Shown here one piece after another: positions 38,566 through 47,827 of a stretch of DNA of 64,000 nucleotides. The stretch covers positions 64,001-128,000 of the forward strand of contig CAVYHE010000007.1 of NCBI GenBank assembly GCA_963768305.1. Reading direction: 5' to 3'. Source of the stretch: an uncultured bacterium. GTDB taxonomy: Bacteria > Margulisbacteria > WOR-1 > CAVSGV01. The notes beneath the pieces were generated by a model. That model made no database searches. It was given only the letters and a program-made list of their open reading frames with translations, and was not told where the DNA came from. Both the position numbers and the translations under genes were made by a program. Each line of letters starts with the position of its first letter. Position 1 is the stretch's first letter.

Positions 38566-39161
38566 AACTGCCTAAATTAAGGGAACTGGGAGAAGCGGTA
38601 AGGTCCCTGTTATCAAGGCCTTACACGTCGAAATTCCCCCGACAGCAGCCCGTGATACCGGATGGTTTTCGCGGCAAGCCCCAATTTTACCAGGACGACT
38701 GCGTCGGCTGCCTTGCGTGCGAGGAGGTATGCCCCGCCAGAGCCATCGATCATGTGGACGACATCAAGCTAAAGCAAAGGACTCTGACGCATCATCAGGA
38801 CATTTGCATATACTGCCAGCAATGCGAAAAAGCGTGCATCACCGAAAAAGGGATAATGCTCACGAAGGAATATGACCTTTCGACCTATGACAGGAGGTCG
38901 GCAGTGACCACATCCCAAAAGGAGCTGACAATATGCGAGCGTTGCGGTAAAATAGTGGCGCCGCTGGATCATTTGAAATTCCTTGCAAAGAAAGTGGGCC
39001 ACCTTTTGTACGCGAACCCTACACTTCTTCTGGCAAGGCACGATGAATTGAAGCTGCTTGAAGATGACCGGCCGCTTAACAGCCCTCACAAGAGAGGCGA
39101 CCACCTTAAAATGGTCTGTCCGCATTGCAGAGCTGAGATAATATTGAAGGAACAATGGTAA
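38562..39161 (+). CDS. NuoI/HycF-like 2x4Fe-4S subunit
   Basis: FRGKP, CVGCLACEEVCP, CIYCQQCEKAC, extra CERC and CPHC. Confidence 0.9.
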   Translation: MKLPKLRELGEAVRSLLSRPYTSKFPRQQPVIPDGFRGKPQFYQDDCVGCLACEEVCPARAIDHVDDIKLKQRTLTHHQDICIYCQQCEKACITEKGIMLTKEYDLSTYDRRSAVTTSQKELTICERCGKIVAPLDHLKFLAKKVGHLLYANPTLLLARHDELKLLEDDRPLNSPHKRGDHLKMVCPHCRAEIILKEQW

Positions 39162-39169
39162 TAATTTAA

Positions 39170-39204
39170 TTTAGGAACCGCGACTTCAGTCGCAGGTTCC
39201 TAAA
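39170..39204. repeat. REP-like palindrome/stem-loop between hydrogenase structural genes and hypA
   Basis: TTTAGGAACC-GCGACT-TC-AGTCGC-A-GGTTCCTAAA. Confidence 0.65.
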
Positions 39205-39214
39205 AGGAAATAAT

Positions 39215-39549
39215 ATGCACGAACTAGGTCTTGCTGAAGACATATTAAGGAAGATAAAAGAAGAGGCAAGGACAAGGAACTTATCCAAAATTTCCTTCGC
39301 CGGATTGCTGATCGGAGAAACCCTCGTGACCGACAGGCCGGAGCTGGAACAATTATTCTCCATGATCTCCACCGGATCGCTTGCTGACGGCGCCACGCTT
39401 GGCATAACCATCTCTCCGCTGAAAGCCGTTTGCGGATCATGTAAAAAAAATTCAACCCCACGGTGATCAGATTCGACTGCCCCAATTGCGGCTCCCGTGA
39501 CATAAAAATAACTTCCGGGAACGAACTTAAGATAGAGGAATTGAAATAA
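39215..39549 (+). CDS. hypA: Hydrogenase nickel chaperone HypA (frameshift in A8 run 39443-39450)
   Basis: MHELGLA, CGSC, then second frame FDCPNCGS...GNELKIEELK*. Confidence 0.88.
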
Positions 39550-41045
39550 TGAACCCCCTGGCTCAAACAGACACGCTCGACTGGATAAAAGAACGGATAA
39601 AACCGGAAGAAAATCTCCGATATTGTGGCGAAGACCAGGACTTCATCAGCGAATACGAGATCTACAGGAACCTTGAAGCCAACAGAAATCCATCCAAACA
39701 TCAGGTAAGAGATATTATTCAGAAAGCTTTGACAATAACAAGGCTTGAGCCGGAAGAAACAGCCGTGCTCCTGAACGTAACTTCAGAGGGAATGCTGGAG
39801 GAAATATTCGACGCCGCGGGAAGGATAAAAGTTTCCGTCTATGATAACCGGATAGTAACTTTCGCACCCCTTTATTGCGGCAGCGTTTGCGTAAATAACT
39901 GCGGCTACTGCGCGTTCAGGTCCGGGAACTCCGAAGAAAAAAGGCGGGTCCTGACGCAGGATGAGGTCAAGAAAGAAACTGAGGTTCTGGCCGGAGAGAT
40001 CGGCCATAAAAGATTGATCACCGTGTTCGGCGAGCATCCGGCAACGGGGATCGATTATATTACTGAGACGCTTGGTACAATATATAATGTAAAGGTCCCC
40101 ACAAGGACTGGTACCGCGAATATCAGGCGCGTGAACGTCAATTCGGCGCCGTTCTCCATCGAGGAATTAAAGCTCCTGAAACAGGCGAAGATAGGCACTT
40201 ACCAGGTTTTTCAGGAAACATACCATCATCAGACATATTCCAGGGTCCACCCGAAGGGCACGATAAAATCCGATTATCAATGGCGTCTTTACGCTCTTCA
40301 CCGGGCGCAGGAAGCCGGTATTGATGACGTGGCGATCGGCGCGCTTTTCGGGTTATATGATTGGAAGTTCGAAGTTATGGGGCTTCTTCATCACGCGATC
40401 GACCTTGAAAAGCATTTCGGAGTCGGGCCGCATACGATATCTTTCCCCCGCCTTGAGCCGGCGGCCGGTTCGAACCTGGGTGGGACTGAATTCAAGGTTT
40501 CGGACGATGATTTCAGGAAACTTGTAGCGATCATCAGGTTGTCTGTTCCCTACTCCGGCATGATATTGACAGCGCGGGAAACTCCCCAGATGCGAAGGTC
40601 TGTTATTCCTCTGGGAGTGACGCAAACTGATGCTTCCACAAAGATCGGCATCGGCGCTTATTCCGACAGATACAGTGACCAGGAATCCGAGCGCCAGCAG
40701 TTCATGCTCGGCGATACTCGAAATCTTGACGAAGTGATCCGCGAGCTCGCCGGCGACGGATACATCACCAGCTTTTGCACGGCGGGATACAGGTGTTCAA
40801 GGACCGGCAAGTGCATTCTTGATATGCTTAAGTCCGGGAAAGAAAGATGGTTCTGCAAACTGAATGCCGTGCTGACGTTCCAGGAATGGCTTAACGATTT
40901 CGCAAGCCCGGAAACAAAAGCGATCGGCGAAGCTTTGATCAAGAAAGAAGTCGAGGAGATCAAGCAGCAAGTGCCTAATATTTACCCGCAATTCGCCTCC
41001 ATGTTCGACAGGATAATGACCGGAGAACGGGACCTGTACTTCTAA
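39549..41045 (+). CDS. hydG: HydG-like radical SAM enzyme ([FeFe]-hydrogenase maturase family)
   Basis: FAPLY, CVNNCGYC, FQETYH, GPHTISFPR, C-terminal SFCTAGYRC...FCKLNA, GERDLYF. Confidence 0.88.
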   Translation: MNPLAQTDTLDWIKERIKPEENLRYCGEDQDFISEYEIYRNLEANRNPSKHQVRDIIQKALTITRLEPEETAVLLNVTSEGMLEEIFDAAGRIKVSVYDNRIVTFAPLYCGSVCVNNCGYCAFRSGNSEEKRRVLTQDEVKKETEVLAGEIGHKRLITVFGEHPATGIDYITETLGTIYNVKVPTRTGTANIRRVNVNSAPFSIEELKLLKQAKIGTYQVFQETYHHQTYSRVHPKGTIKSDYQWRLYALHRAQEAGIDDVAIGALFGLYDWKFEVMGLLHHAIDLEKHFGVGPHTISFPRLEPAAGSNLGGTEFKVSDDDFRKLVAIIRLSVPYSGMILTARETPQMRRSVIPLGVTQTDASTKIGIGAYSDRYSDQESERQQFMLGDTRNLDEVIRELAGDGYITSFCTAGYRCSRTGKCILDMLKSGKERWFCKLNAVLTFQEWLNDFASPETKAIGEALIKKEVEEIKQQVPNIYPQFASMFDRIMTGERDLYF

Positions 41046-41048
41046 ATT

Positions 41049-42119
41049 ATGATAGCGATCATCGGCGGCGGGATAATCGGGACATCAATCGCATATTACT
41101 TATCAAAAGCCGGCATCAAAGATATCGTCTTATATGAAAAAGAGAACCTGCTTGGTACCGGCGCCACGCAATACTGCTCCGGCGGCGTAAGGTATCAGTT
41201 CACCACGCCTATCAATGTGAAATTCTCCATAGAAGCTTTCAAGGAGCTGGAAAAATTCGATATCGGTATGAAACGATATGGTTATTTAATACTTGATATG
41301 GAAGGCGATCCAAAAGCAAGGATAAAGATGCAGAACGAGCTCGGGGTCAAGAGCGAATATCTGGCCCCGGCTGATATTAAAGCTCGTTTCCCGTTCATCG
41401 ATATCGAAGGCGTAAAAGGCGGTTCGTTCCACAGGCTCGATGGGATCGCGGAGCCCGCTAAGCTGCTCGAGATATATGCAAAAGAAGCAAAAAGAGATGG
41501 GGTTAAATTTGAGTTTGAGACTAAGGTTGAAAGCATCGTCAAAGATAATGGAAAAGTCGTGGGGATCAAAACTAACAAAGGAGATTTCAAGGCTGATACC
41601 GTGATACTTGCGGCCGGGCCGCAATCGATGGAGCTTGGCAAGACAATAGGCATTGATATTCCGATCGTCCACAGAAGAAAATATGTTGTGGTGATAAGCG
41701 GGTTTGATTTCGATTATCCAGTCACAATGGAGATACCGACCGGCTGGTACATAAAAAAAGAGGGCGAAGACGCGCTTGTCGGCATGTCGGGAAAGGACGA
41801 GAAGATCGATTTTGATTCCCAGCAAGCGTCCGTCGACGAAACAATAGAAGCATCCATAAAGAGGGTCCCGCAAACCGAGAATTCATCCATAAAAAAAGTG
41901 ATGAGCACCATGAGCGACGAAACGCCGGACAAGCACGCGATAATAGACAACTCGATACCCGGGCTGATAATTTGCACCGGATTCTCCGGCCACGGCTTCA
42001 TGCATTCTCCCGCGGTCGGCATGGTCGTAACGAACTTGATCAAGAAGGAAAAGCCTATATTAGATATCTCTGAACTGAAGCTGAAGAGAAGCCACATCAA
42101 AGAACCCATCGCGATTTAA
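41049..42119 (+). CDS. FAD-dependent oxidoreductase (DAO/glycine oxidase/sarcosine oxidase beta family)
   Basis: IIGGGIIG, TPDKHAII, GFSGHGFMHSP. Confidence 0.9.
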   Translation: MIAIIGGGIIGTSIAYYLSKAGIKDIVLYEKENLLGTGATQYCSGGVRYQFTTPINVKFSIEAFKELEKFDIGMKRYGYLILDMEGDPKARIKMQNELGVKSEYLAPADIKARFPFIDIEGVKGGSFHRLDGIAEPAKLLEIYAKEAKRDGVKFEFETKVESIVKDNGKVVGIKTNKGDFKADTVILAAGPQSMELGKTIGIDIPIVHRRKYVVVISGFDFDYPVTMEIPTGWYIKKEGEDALVGMSGKDEKIDFDSQQASVDETIEASIKRVPQTENSSIKKVMSTMSDETPDKHAIIDNSIPGLIICTGFSGHGFMHSPAVGMVVTNLIKKEKPILDISELKLKRSHIKEPIAI

Positions 42120-42166
42120 CCTCGTTATTTTCATTTTTCTCGTAAAATTGAGGTATAATTGGCAAC

Positions 42167-45040
42167 ATGACGGCGCCGGAAAATGTTAAACTAGAACTTC
42201 CCCTAGAGCTTGAGAAGAAGATCGATTTGTTTCGCAGGAACCTTGCCCAATATGAATCAAATTCTTACCCTGAAGAACAACTCCGTTTGGATTTCATCAA
42301 TGTGTTATTTGAATCTCTTGGATGGGATATTGACAATAATGCTGGGAAAATCGAGGAATTCAGAGAAGTAAAGCTTGAGAACACACTGGAGTCTCAAGGA
42401 ACCCAGAAGTTTCCTGATTATGACTTTAGAGTGGGTGGAGAAACATCAAATCCGTATTCTTTTTACGTTGAAGCAAAAAAGGTTAAAATAGAAATAAAGC
42501 CGAAAGATAAGCCCTCCGATGAAACCACAAAAGCTGTTTTTCAATTAAGAAGATACGGGCATTCGGCGCGCAGAAAGATTTCGATCCTGACAAATTTCAA
42601 GGAGTTCGCGATATACGATACCCGCGTGCCAATCAAACATAACGACAAACCAGATGTTGCAAGGATATTTTATTGCACATTTGAAGAATATGAGAAGTAC
42701 TGGAAGTTTCTTTCAGACAATCTCAGCCAGGAAAACATACAAAAAGGGAGCATTAATAATCTTCTTAATATCAGCAGTAAAAAAGGCTCCCAGGAAATAG
42801 ACAAGGGCTTGTTAATGCTGATTGAGGAATGGAGATGCGATCTTGCCAAGGACATAGCGCGAAACAACAAGAAAACCGACGTTCCCCAGATAAATACGGC
42901 GGTACAGAAAATAATCGATCGCATTATCTTCTTGAGGATATGCGAGGAAAAAGGGATAGAGACTTTTGACGCACTACTTAATATTGTTCAAAAAGAGAAA
43001 AATATTTACCCTAAATTAGTCGCGCATTTCGAACATGCCAACGGAAAGTATAACAGCGAGCTGTTCAAGCCCGAGCCATCAATCGACGGCCTGGTGATCG
43101 AAGACGAAATCCTTTGTCAGATCATAACCGAGCTTTATCCGCCAAAATGCAATTACGCATTCATATTGCTTCCAGTAGAGATCCTGGGGAACATATACGA
43201 ACAATTTCTGGGCAGGACCATACATCTTACCGAAACGCATCAGGCCCGCATAGAAGAAAAGCCAGAAGTAAGGAAGGCTGGCGGAGTTTATTACACGCCA
43301 AAGTATATCGTCGATTACATCGTCAAGAATACCGTCGGCGAGAAAATCAATGGACTTACGCCGAAAGAGATAGAGAAGATAAAGATACTCGATCCGGCTT
43401 GCGGTTCTGGCTCGTTCCTGCTGGGGGCTTATGCGTATTTACTTTACTATCATCTGGCGTATTACGTGAAGAAGGACAATCTTATCAAGGCGATGAAGAA
43501 TGAAAATGTTTATCAGGCGGGACCAAATTCTTACAAGCTGACCATTAAAGAAAAGCAGAACATTCTGGTAAATAACTTGTTTGGAGTGGATATAGACGCG
43601 CAAGCTGTGGAGGTAACCAAGCTTTCTTTGATGCTGAAGTTGCTAGAAGGAGAAAGTGATGAAAGCGCGGGGAAACTCTTTAAATATAGCGATACAAAGC
43701 TTCTCCCAACATTATCCAGTAACATCAAATGCGGTAACTCGCTGATAGGACCCGACTTTTATAAAGGCAATTTACAATTATTTGATGATAGAGAGCTAAA
43801 AGCGAAGGTTAATGATTTTGATTGGAGTGACAAAGTAAAAGGTTTTGGCGAAATCATGGCAGGCGGAGGTTTTGATTGTGTATTAGGCAACCCGCCGTAC
43901 GGGGCATTATTTGCTGATGCCGAAAAACTATATCTTAATAATAAATATTCGACTTCAATCAAAAATAATAATTCATATGTCATGTTCTTTGAGCGAGGTA
44001 TTGAGCTGTTGCGTAAAAATGGAATACTAAGTCTTTTGACTCCTACAACATATTTAACTGGAGACAATTTTATTTCATTGAGAAAAGCCTTTCTATTAAA
44101 GGATTTACTTGAAATTGTTAAACTGCCGTATAATGTTTTTGAAGATGCCTATATAGATACATGTATTTCAACAATTAAAAATGAAACCTTCAAAAAAGCT
44201 ATTAACTTAGCCTTGATCCCTCCTAAGGAAAAATTAAATACAAGTGACGACATTTCAAGGTATGTTAAAGCTGGCAATAAAGCCATGTGGGCAAGCACAT
44301 CTCCTTATAATTTCGTATTAAATACAGATTTGACAACAATTAATACGAAAATTCGCAGCAATCCACACGTTAAAATGGAAGATATTGCAAAAGTTGACAG
44401 AGGCTCTCTACCGCCAAAATTATTTTATAAAGGCGCGGTAGATAATAAGAAAGCTTTTAATTGGTTTGATGGACAAATATATAGATATCAATTTATTGAA
44501 AGCTATTCAGTGAAAATTAAATGTGACGATTTAAATGAATTTAAAACTGCAGATATGTTCATAGGTAAACGAATTTTATTGCGGCAACTCATAAGTAGGC
44601 AGTTTCGCCTTAATGCAATGGTTGTTGACCGCCCATTTGCGTTCAAAAAGAATATTTATTGTATTCATGGTATTGATAAGGGTTATGATGAGAGATATTT
44701 ATTAGCGATAATCAACTCAAAATTGTTTTCATATTTTGTTTATAATTCAATTGCAGGGATGCAGAAAAATGATTTTCCTAGCTTAAGTTTAAATGATGCA
44801 AGAAATATGCCAATAAGGACAATTTCTACGCAAAACGAGAAAATGGAAGAAGGGGAAATAGTTCGGTTAGTTGATCAAATGCTCGAAACACAGAAAAAGG
44901 TGCATTCTGCTAAGTCCGAAAGCGACAAGAAGCACTATCAGCAGAAAATAGAGATGCTTGATAAGCAGATAGATGATCTTGTTTATAAGCTATATGGGTT
45001 AACACCGGAGGAGATCAAGGTGGTGGAGGAGAACAAGTGA
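42167..45040 (+). CDS. Type IIG-like fused restriction-modification enzyme (adenine MTase plus nuclease)
   Basis: PDY...VEAKK nuclease motif, LTNF, GVYYTP, DPACGSGSF, GNPPY, VYKLYGLT tail. Confidence 0.9.
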   Translation: MTAPENVKLELPLELEKKIDLFRRNLAQYESNSYPEEQLRLDFINVLFESLGWDIDNNAGKIEEFREVKLENTLESQGTQKFPDYDFRVGGETSNPYSFYVEAKKVKIEIKPKDKPSDETTKAVFQLRRYGHSARRKISILTNFKEFAIYDTRVPIKHNDKPDVARIFYCTFEEYEKYWKFLSDNLSQENIQKGSINNLLNISSKKGSQEIDKGLLMLIEEWRCDLAKDIARNNKKTDVPQINTAVQKIIDRIIFLRICEEKGIETFDALLNIVQKEKNIYPKLVAHFEHANGKYNSELFKPEPSIDGLVIEDEILCQIITELYPPKCNYAFILLPVEILGNIYEQFLGRTIHLTETHQARIEEKPEVRKAGGVYYTPKYIVDYIVKNTVGEKINGLTPKEIEKIKILDPACGSGSFLLGAYAYLLYYHLAYYVKKDNLIKAMKNENVYQAGPNSYKLTIKEKQNILVNNLFGVDIDAQAVEVTKLSLMLKLLEGESDESAGKLFKYSDTKLLPTLSSNIKCGNSLIGPDFYKGNLQLFDDRELKAKVNDFDWSDKVKGFGEIMAGGGFDCVLGNPPYGALFADAEKLYLNNKYSTSIKNNNSYVMFFERGIELLRKNGILSLLTPTTYLTGDNFISLRKAFLLKDLLEIVKLPYNVFEDAYIDTCISTIKNETFKKAINLALIPPKEKLNTSDDISRYVKAGNKAMWASTSPYNFVLNTDLTTINTKIRSNPHVKMEDIAKVDRGSLPPKLFYKGAVDNKKAFNWFDGQIYRYQFIESYSVKIKCDDLNEFKTADMFIGKRILLRQLISRQFRLNAMVVDRPFAFKKNIYCIHGIDKGYDERYLLAIINSKLFSYFVYNSIAGMQKNDFPSLSLNDARNMPIRTISTQNEKMEEGEIVRLVDQMLETQKKVHSAKSESDKKHYQQKIEMLDKQIDDLVYKLYGLTPEEIKVVEENK

Positions 45041-45615
45041 GTGGCTTACCTGTAATAGACATAGAAAAAGAGATATTGAAGATATTAATGTCCCCTATGC
45101 TTTATGGGAAAGATCGAATATCAAATAATCAGCCTATTTCTATAGGTGAAACTGATGCAAGAAAATACTTAATCTTAACTATGCACCATGTTCTCGAGTA
45201 TAGTATTGCGCGTTTATATATTGAGCATTATGTAAAACATTATAGTAAGCGCGAGAGTGACGAATTTACTTCCGAGATATTTGCTAAATTAAGTTTTCCA
45301 GCGAAACAGAAGTTCATATTAAACAGAGGGATGAAAACACACGTTGCGGCATACGAGAGAATCAACTCCATTAGAAATAAAATTGCTCATGGTTTAAAAA
45401 TATCATCAGATATTCTTGACAACAAAAAGCTGTTGATTCTTATAAACGAGTGTATTTCGTTTCAAAAAAGTCTCCATTCTGCATATTTGAGAAGATATCA
45501 ACGCAACAAAGCGATGTTTAGTGAATACCTAAAACATAAAGCACAAAAGAAGGTATATAGCTCTATTATAAAAAAAGGTTTGTTATCAAATCAAACAAAA
45601 CAATCGCCTTCATAA
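45037..45615 (+). CDS. Hypothetical protein with HEPN-like RxxxxH motif
   Basis: IRNKIAHG; GTGA overlap with the R-M gene; AT-rich. Confidence 0.55.
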   Translation: MSGLPVIDIEKEILKILMSPMLYGKDRISNNQPISIGETDARKYLILTMHHVLEYSIARLYIEHYVKHYSKRESDEFTSEIFAKLSFPAKQKFILNRGMKTHVAAYERINSIRNKIAHGLKISSDILDNKKLLILINECISFQKSLHSAYLRRYQRNKAMFSEYLKHKAQKKVYSSIIKKGLLSNQTKQSPS

Positions 45616-45688
45616 GCTTATTTTGAAACTTTTATCTCGATCTTCCCCTTAGCAGGCAAGGATTTTATTTGATATAATGTCTTTTCCA

Positions 45689-47824
45689 ATGTCCACGATC
45701 ATCAAGAGTTTGAACCCGAAACAGCAGGAAGCGGCAACTCACACCGACGGCCCGTTATTGATAATCGCAGGTGCGGGAAGCGGAAAGACAAGGGTCTTGA
45801 CGCATCGTATCGCCTACCTGATCAAAGAGCATAATGTCCCGCCGTCATCTATCCTTGCAGTCACATTCACAAACAAAGCCGCGAAAGAAATGGCCCACAG
45901 GCTTAACCGCCTCACCGGAATACTTTCGCGCCAGCTGTGGATAGGGACTTTCCATTCGGTCTGCGGCAGGATACTTCGTCGCGACATAGACAAGATCGGC
46001 TGGAGAAAAGATTTCCTGATATTCGACGAGTATGACCAGGAGTCCCTGATAAGGGAAATAATAAAGGAATTGGATCTGGACGACAGGTTCAAGCCCAGCG
46101 TCTTGCGCGAAAAGATAAGCAAGGCAAAGAACGAATTCAAGTCGCCGGAAGAATATGAGGACACGGCGCTTGATTTCTCCGCGGAAAAAGTCGCGGCCGC
46201 ATACAAGCTTTATCAGAAAAAACTTTTCGAGAATAACGCGATGGATTTTGACGATATGCTCATCCTTGCCGTTAAGCTTTTCAGGGAATGCCCCGCGGTG
46301 CTCGCATCCTACCAGGACAGGTTCAGGTATATCAGCGTCGATGAATACCAGGACACGAACCTTGTCCAATACACCCTCACCAACATGCTCGCGAAAAAGC
46401 ACCGCAATATCTGCGTGGTGGGCGACAACGACCAGTCCATTTACGGATGGCGGGGCGCGGACTTTCGTAACATCCTGAATTTCGAGCGCGACTACAGGGA
46501 CGCGAAAGTGGTCCTGCTGGAGCAGAATTATCGATCAACCAAAACTATACTGGACGCCGCGAACAGCGTAATCGCCAACAACAGGCAGAGAAAGGACAAG
46601 AACCTGTGGACCGAAAATCCGGAAGGCGACCTAATAGAGCATTTCACCGCTCCTGATTCCCACGGCGAGGCAAGATATGTGACCGATGAACTGAAAAAGC
46701 TGGCGGATAGATATATGTACAATGACTTCGCGATATTTTACAGGACCAACGCGCAGTCCCGCGTGATGGAAGAGGTTTTGATGCAAGAGGGCATCCCGTA
46801 CAGGATAGTGAGCGGCGTGAAATTCTACGAAAGGGCCGAGATAAAGGACATTCTTTCTTATCTGAGACTGATAGTGAATGCAAAGGACAACATGAGCGCA
46901 TCGCGCCTGATAATGAACACGCTTGAAGGAGTTGGCAAAGGCACGCTGAAAAAGCTGGAGCTGGCGGGAGAAAAGGATAATAAGTCGATATTCGAGGTCA
47001 TACAGGATGTTGATAAGCTGGAGCTTTCGCCAAAATTGAAAAAGCTTATCCAGAGGTTCGTAGATCTGATCAACGGCTTTAAATTCGACCTTCCTAATTT
47101 CACCGCCGCCGAGATGATAGAGAAAGTGATAAATGAATCGGGATACAGGCAAAAACTTGAGCTGGAAGCCACTCCCGAGGCTATCAGCAGAGTAGAAAAT
47201 ATCAAGGAATTGATATCGGTCGCTAAGGAATTCGAAAAGAATTCTGATGAGCAGAATTTATCCGCCTTCCTTATGCAGGTCTCGCTTATGACAGACCTGG
47301 ATAAGTTGGATGAGAACACTCCCGCCGTGACTCTTATGACCATACACAGCGCTAAGGGCCTGGAATTCCCGGTGGTATTCATCATAGGGATGGAAGAAGG
47401 GATATTCCCCCACTATCGAAGTCTTACTGAACCATCGGAGCTGGAGGAGGAGCGTCGCCTCTGTTATGTGGGAATGACAAGAGCGAAGAAAAGATTATAT
47501 CTGGTTTCGGCGGAAGAAAGGTTGATATTCGGCGAGAACTGGTTCAATGGCCCGTCAAGGTTCATAGAAGAAATACCGAAAGAACTGATAAAAGCTGACA
47601 TGGCATCAAAAGATAAAGGCATTGAAAAGATCGATATCGGCGTGCCGGCCGAAGAGATCGAATATCATTATAATGTAGGGGATGCTATTGCCCATCCGAA
47701 ATTCGGGCACGGGGAGATCACTGGCTTGTCGGGCAAAGGAAGTGAGCTGATGATCCAGGTGAGTTTCGAATCCGCGGGAGAAAAACTGCTGATGGCCAAG
47801 TACGCCCCTCTCAGCAAAATATAA
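45689..47824 (+). CDS. pcrA: ATP-dependent DNA helicase UvrD/PcrA
   Basis: AGAGSGKT, DEYQD, QNYRST, HSAKGLEF, EERRLCYV; alternative start at 45677. Confidence 0.95.
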   Translation: MSTIIKSLNPKQQEAATHTDGPLLIIAGAGSGKTRVLTHRIAYLIKEHNVPPSSILAVTFTNKAAKEMAHRLNRLTGILSRQLWIGTFHSVCGRILRRDIDKIGWRKDFLIFDEYDQESLIREIIKELDLDDRFKPSVLREKISKAKNEFKSPEEYEDTALDFSAEKVAAAYKLYQKKLFENNAMDFDDMLILAVKLFRECPAVLASYQDRFRYISVDEYQDTNLVQYTLTNMLAKKHRNICVVGDNDQSIYGWRGADFRNILNFERDYRDAKVVLLEQNYRSTKTILDAANSVIANNRQRKDKNLWTENPEGDLIEHFTAPDSHGEARYVTDELKKLADRYMYNDFAIFYRTNAQSRVMEEVLMQEGIPYRIVSGVKFYERAEIKDILSYLRLIVNAKDNMSASRLIMNTLEGVGKGTLKKLELAGEKDNKSIFEVIQDVDKLELSPKLKKLIQRFVDLINGFKFDLPNFTAAEMIEKVINESGYRQKLELEATPEAISRVENIKELISVAKEFEKNSDEQNLSAFLMQVSLMTDLDKLDENTPAVTLMTIHSAKGLEFPVVFIIGMEEGIFPHYRSLTEPSELEEERRLCYVGMTRAKKRLYLVSAEERLIFGENWFNGPSRFIEEIPKELIKADMASKDKGIEKIDIGVPAEEIEYHYNVGDAIAHPKFGHGEITGLSGKGSELMIQVSFESAGEKLLMAKYAPLSKI

Positions 47825-47827
47825 TGA

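Noticed and set aside
35576..39161. Respiratory complex I (nuoHBCDI)
   Set aside because: The NuoD-like subunit has both Ni-binding CxxC motifs, the small subunit has CxxC (CNNC), and hypA follows.
39443..39450. Programmed frameshift or phase variation in hypA
   Set aside because: Similar homopolymer indels occur throughout the window, so sequencing error is more parsimonious.
39549..41045. Thiamine biosynthesis ThiH
   Set aside because: It has the Cys-containing C-terminal HydG domain and no thi genes are adjacent.
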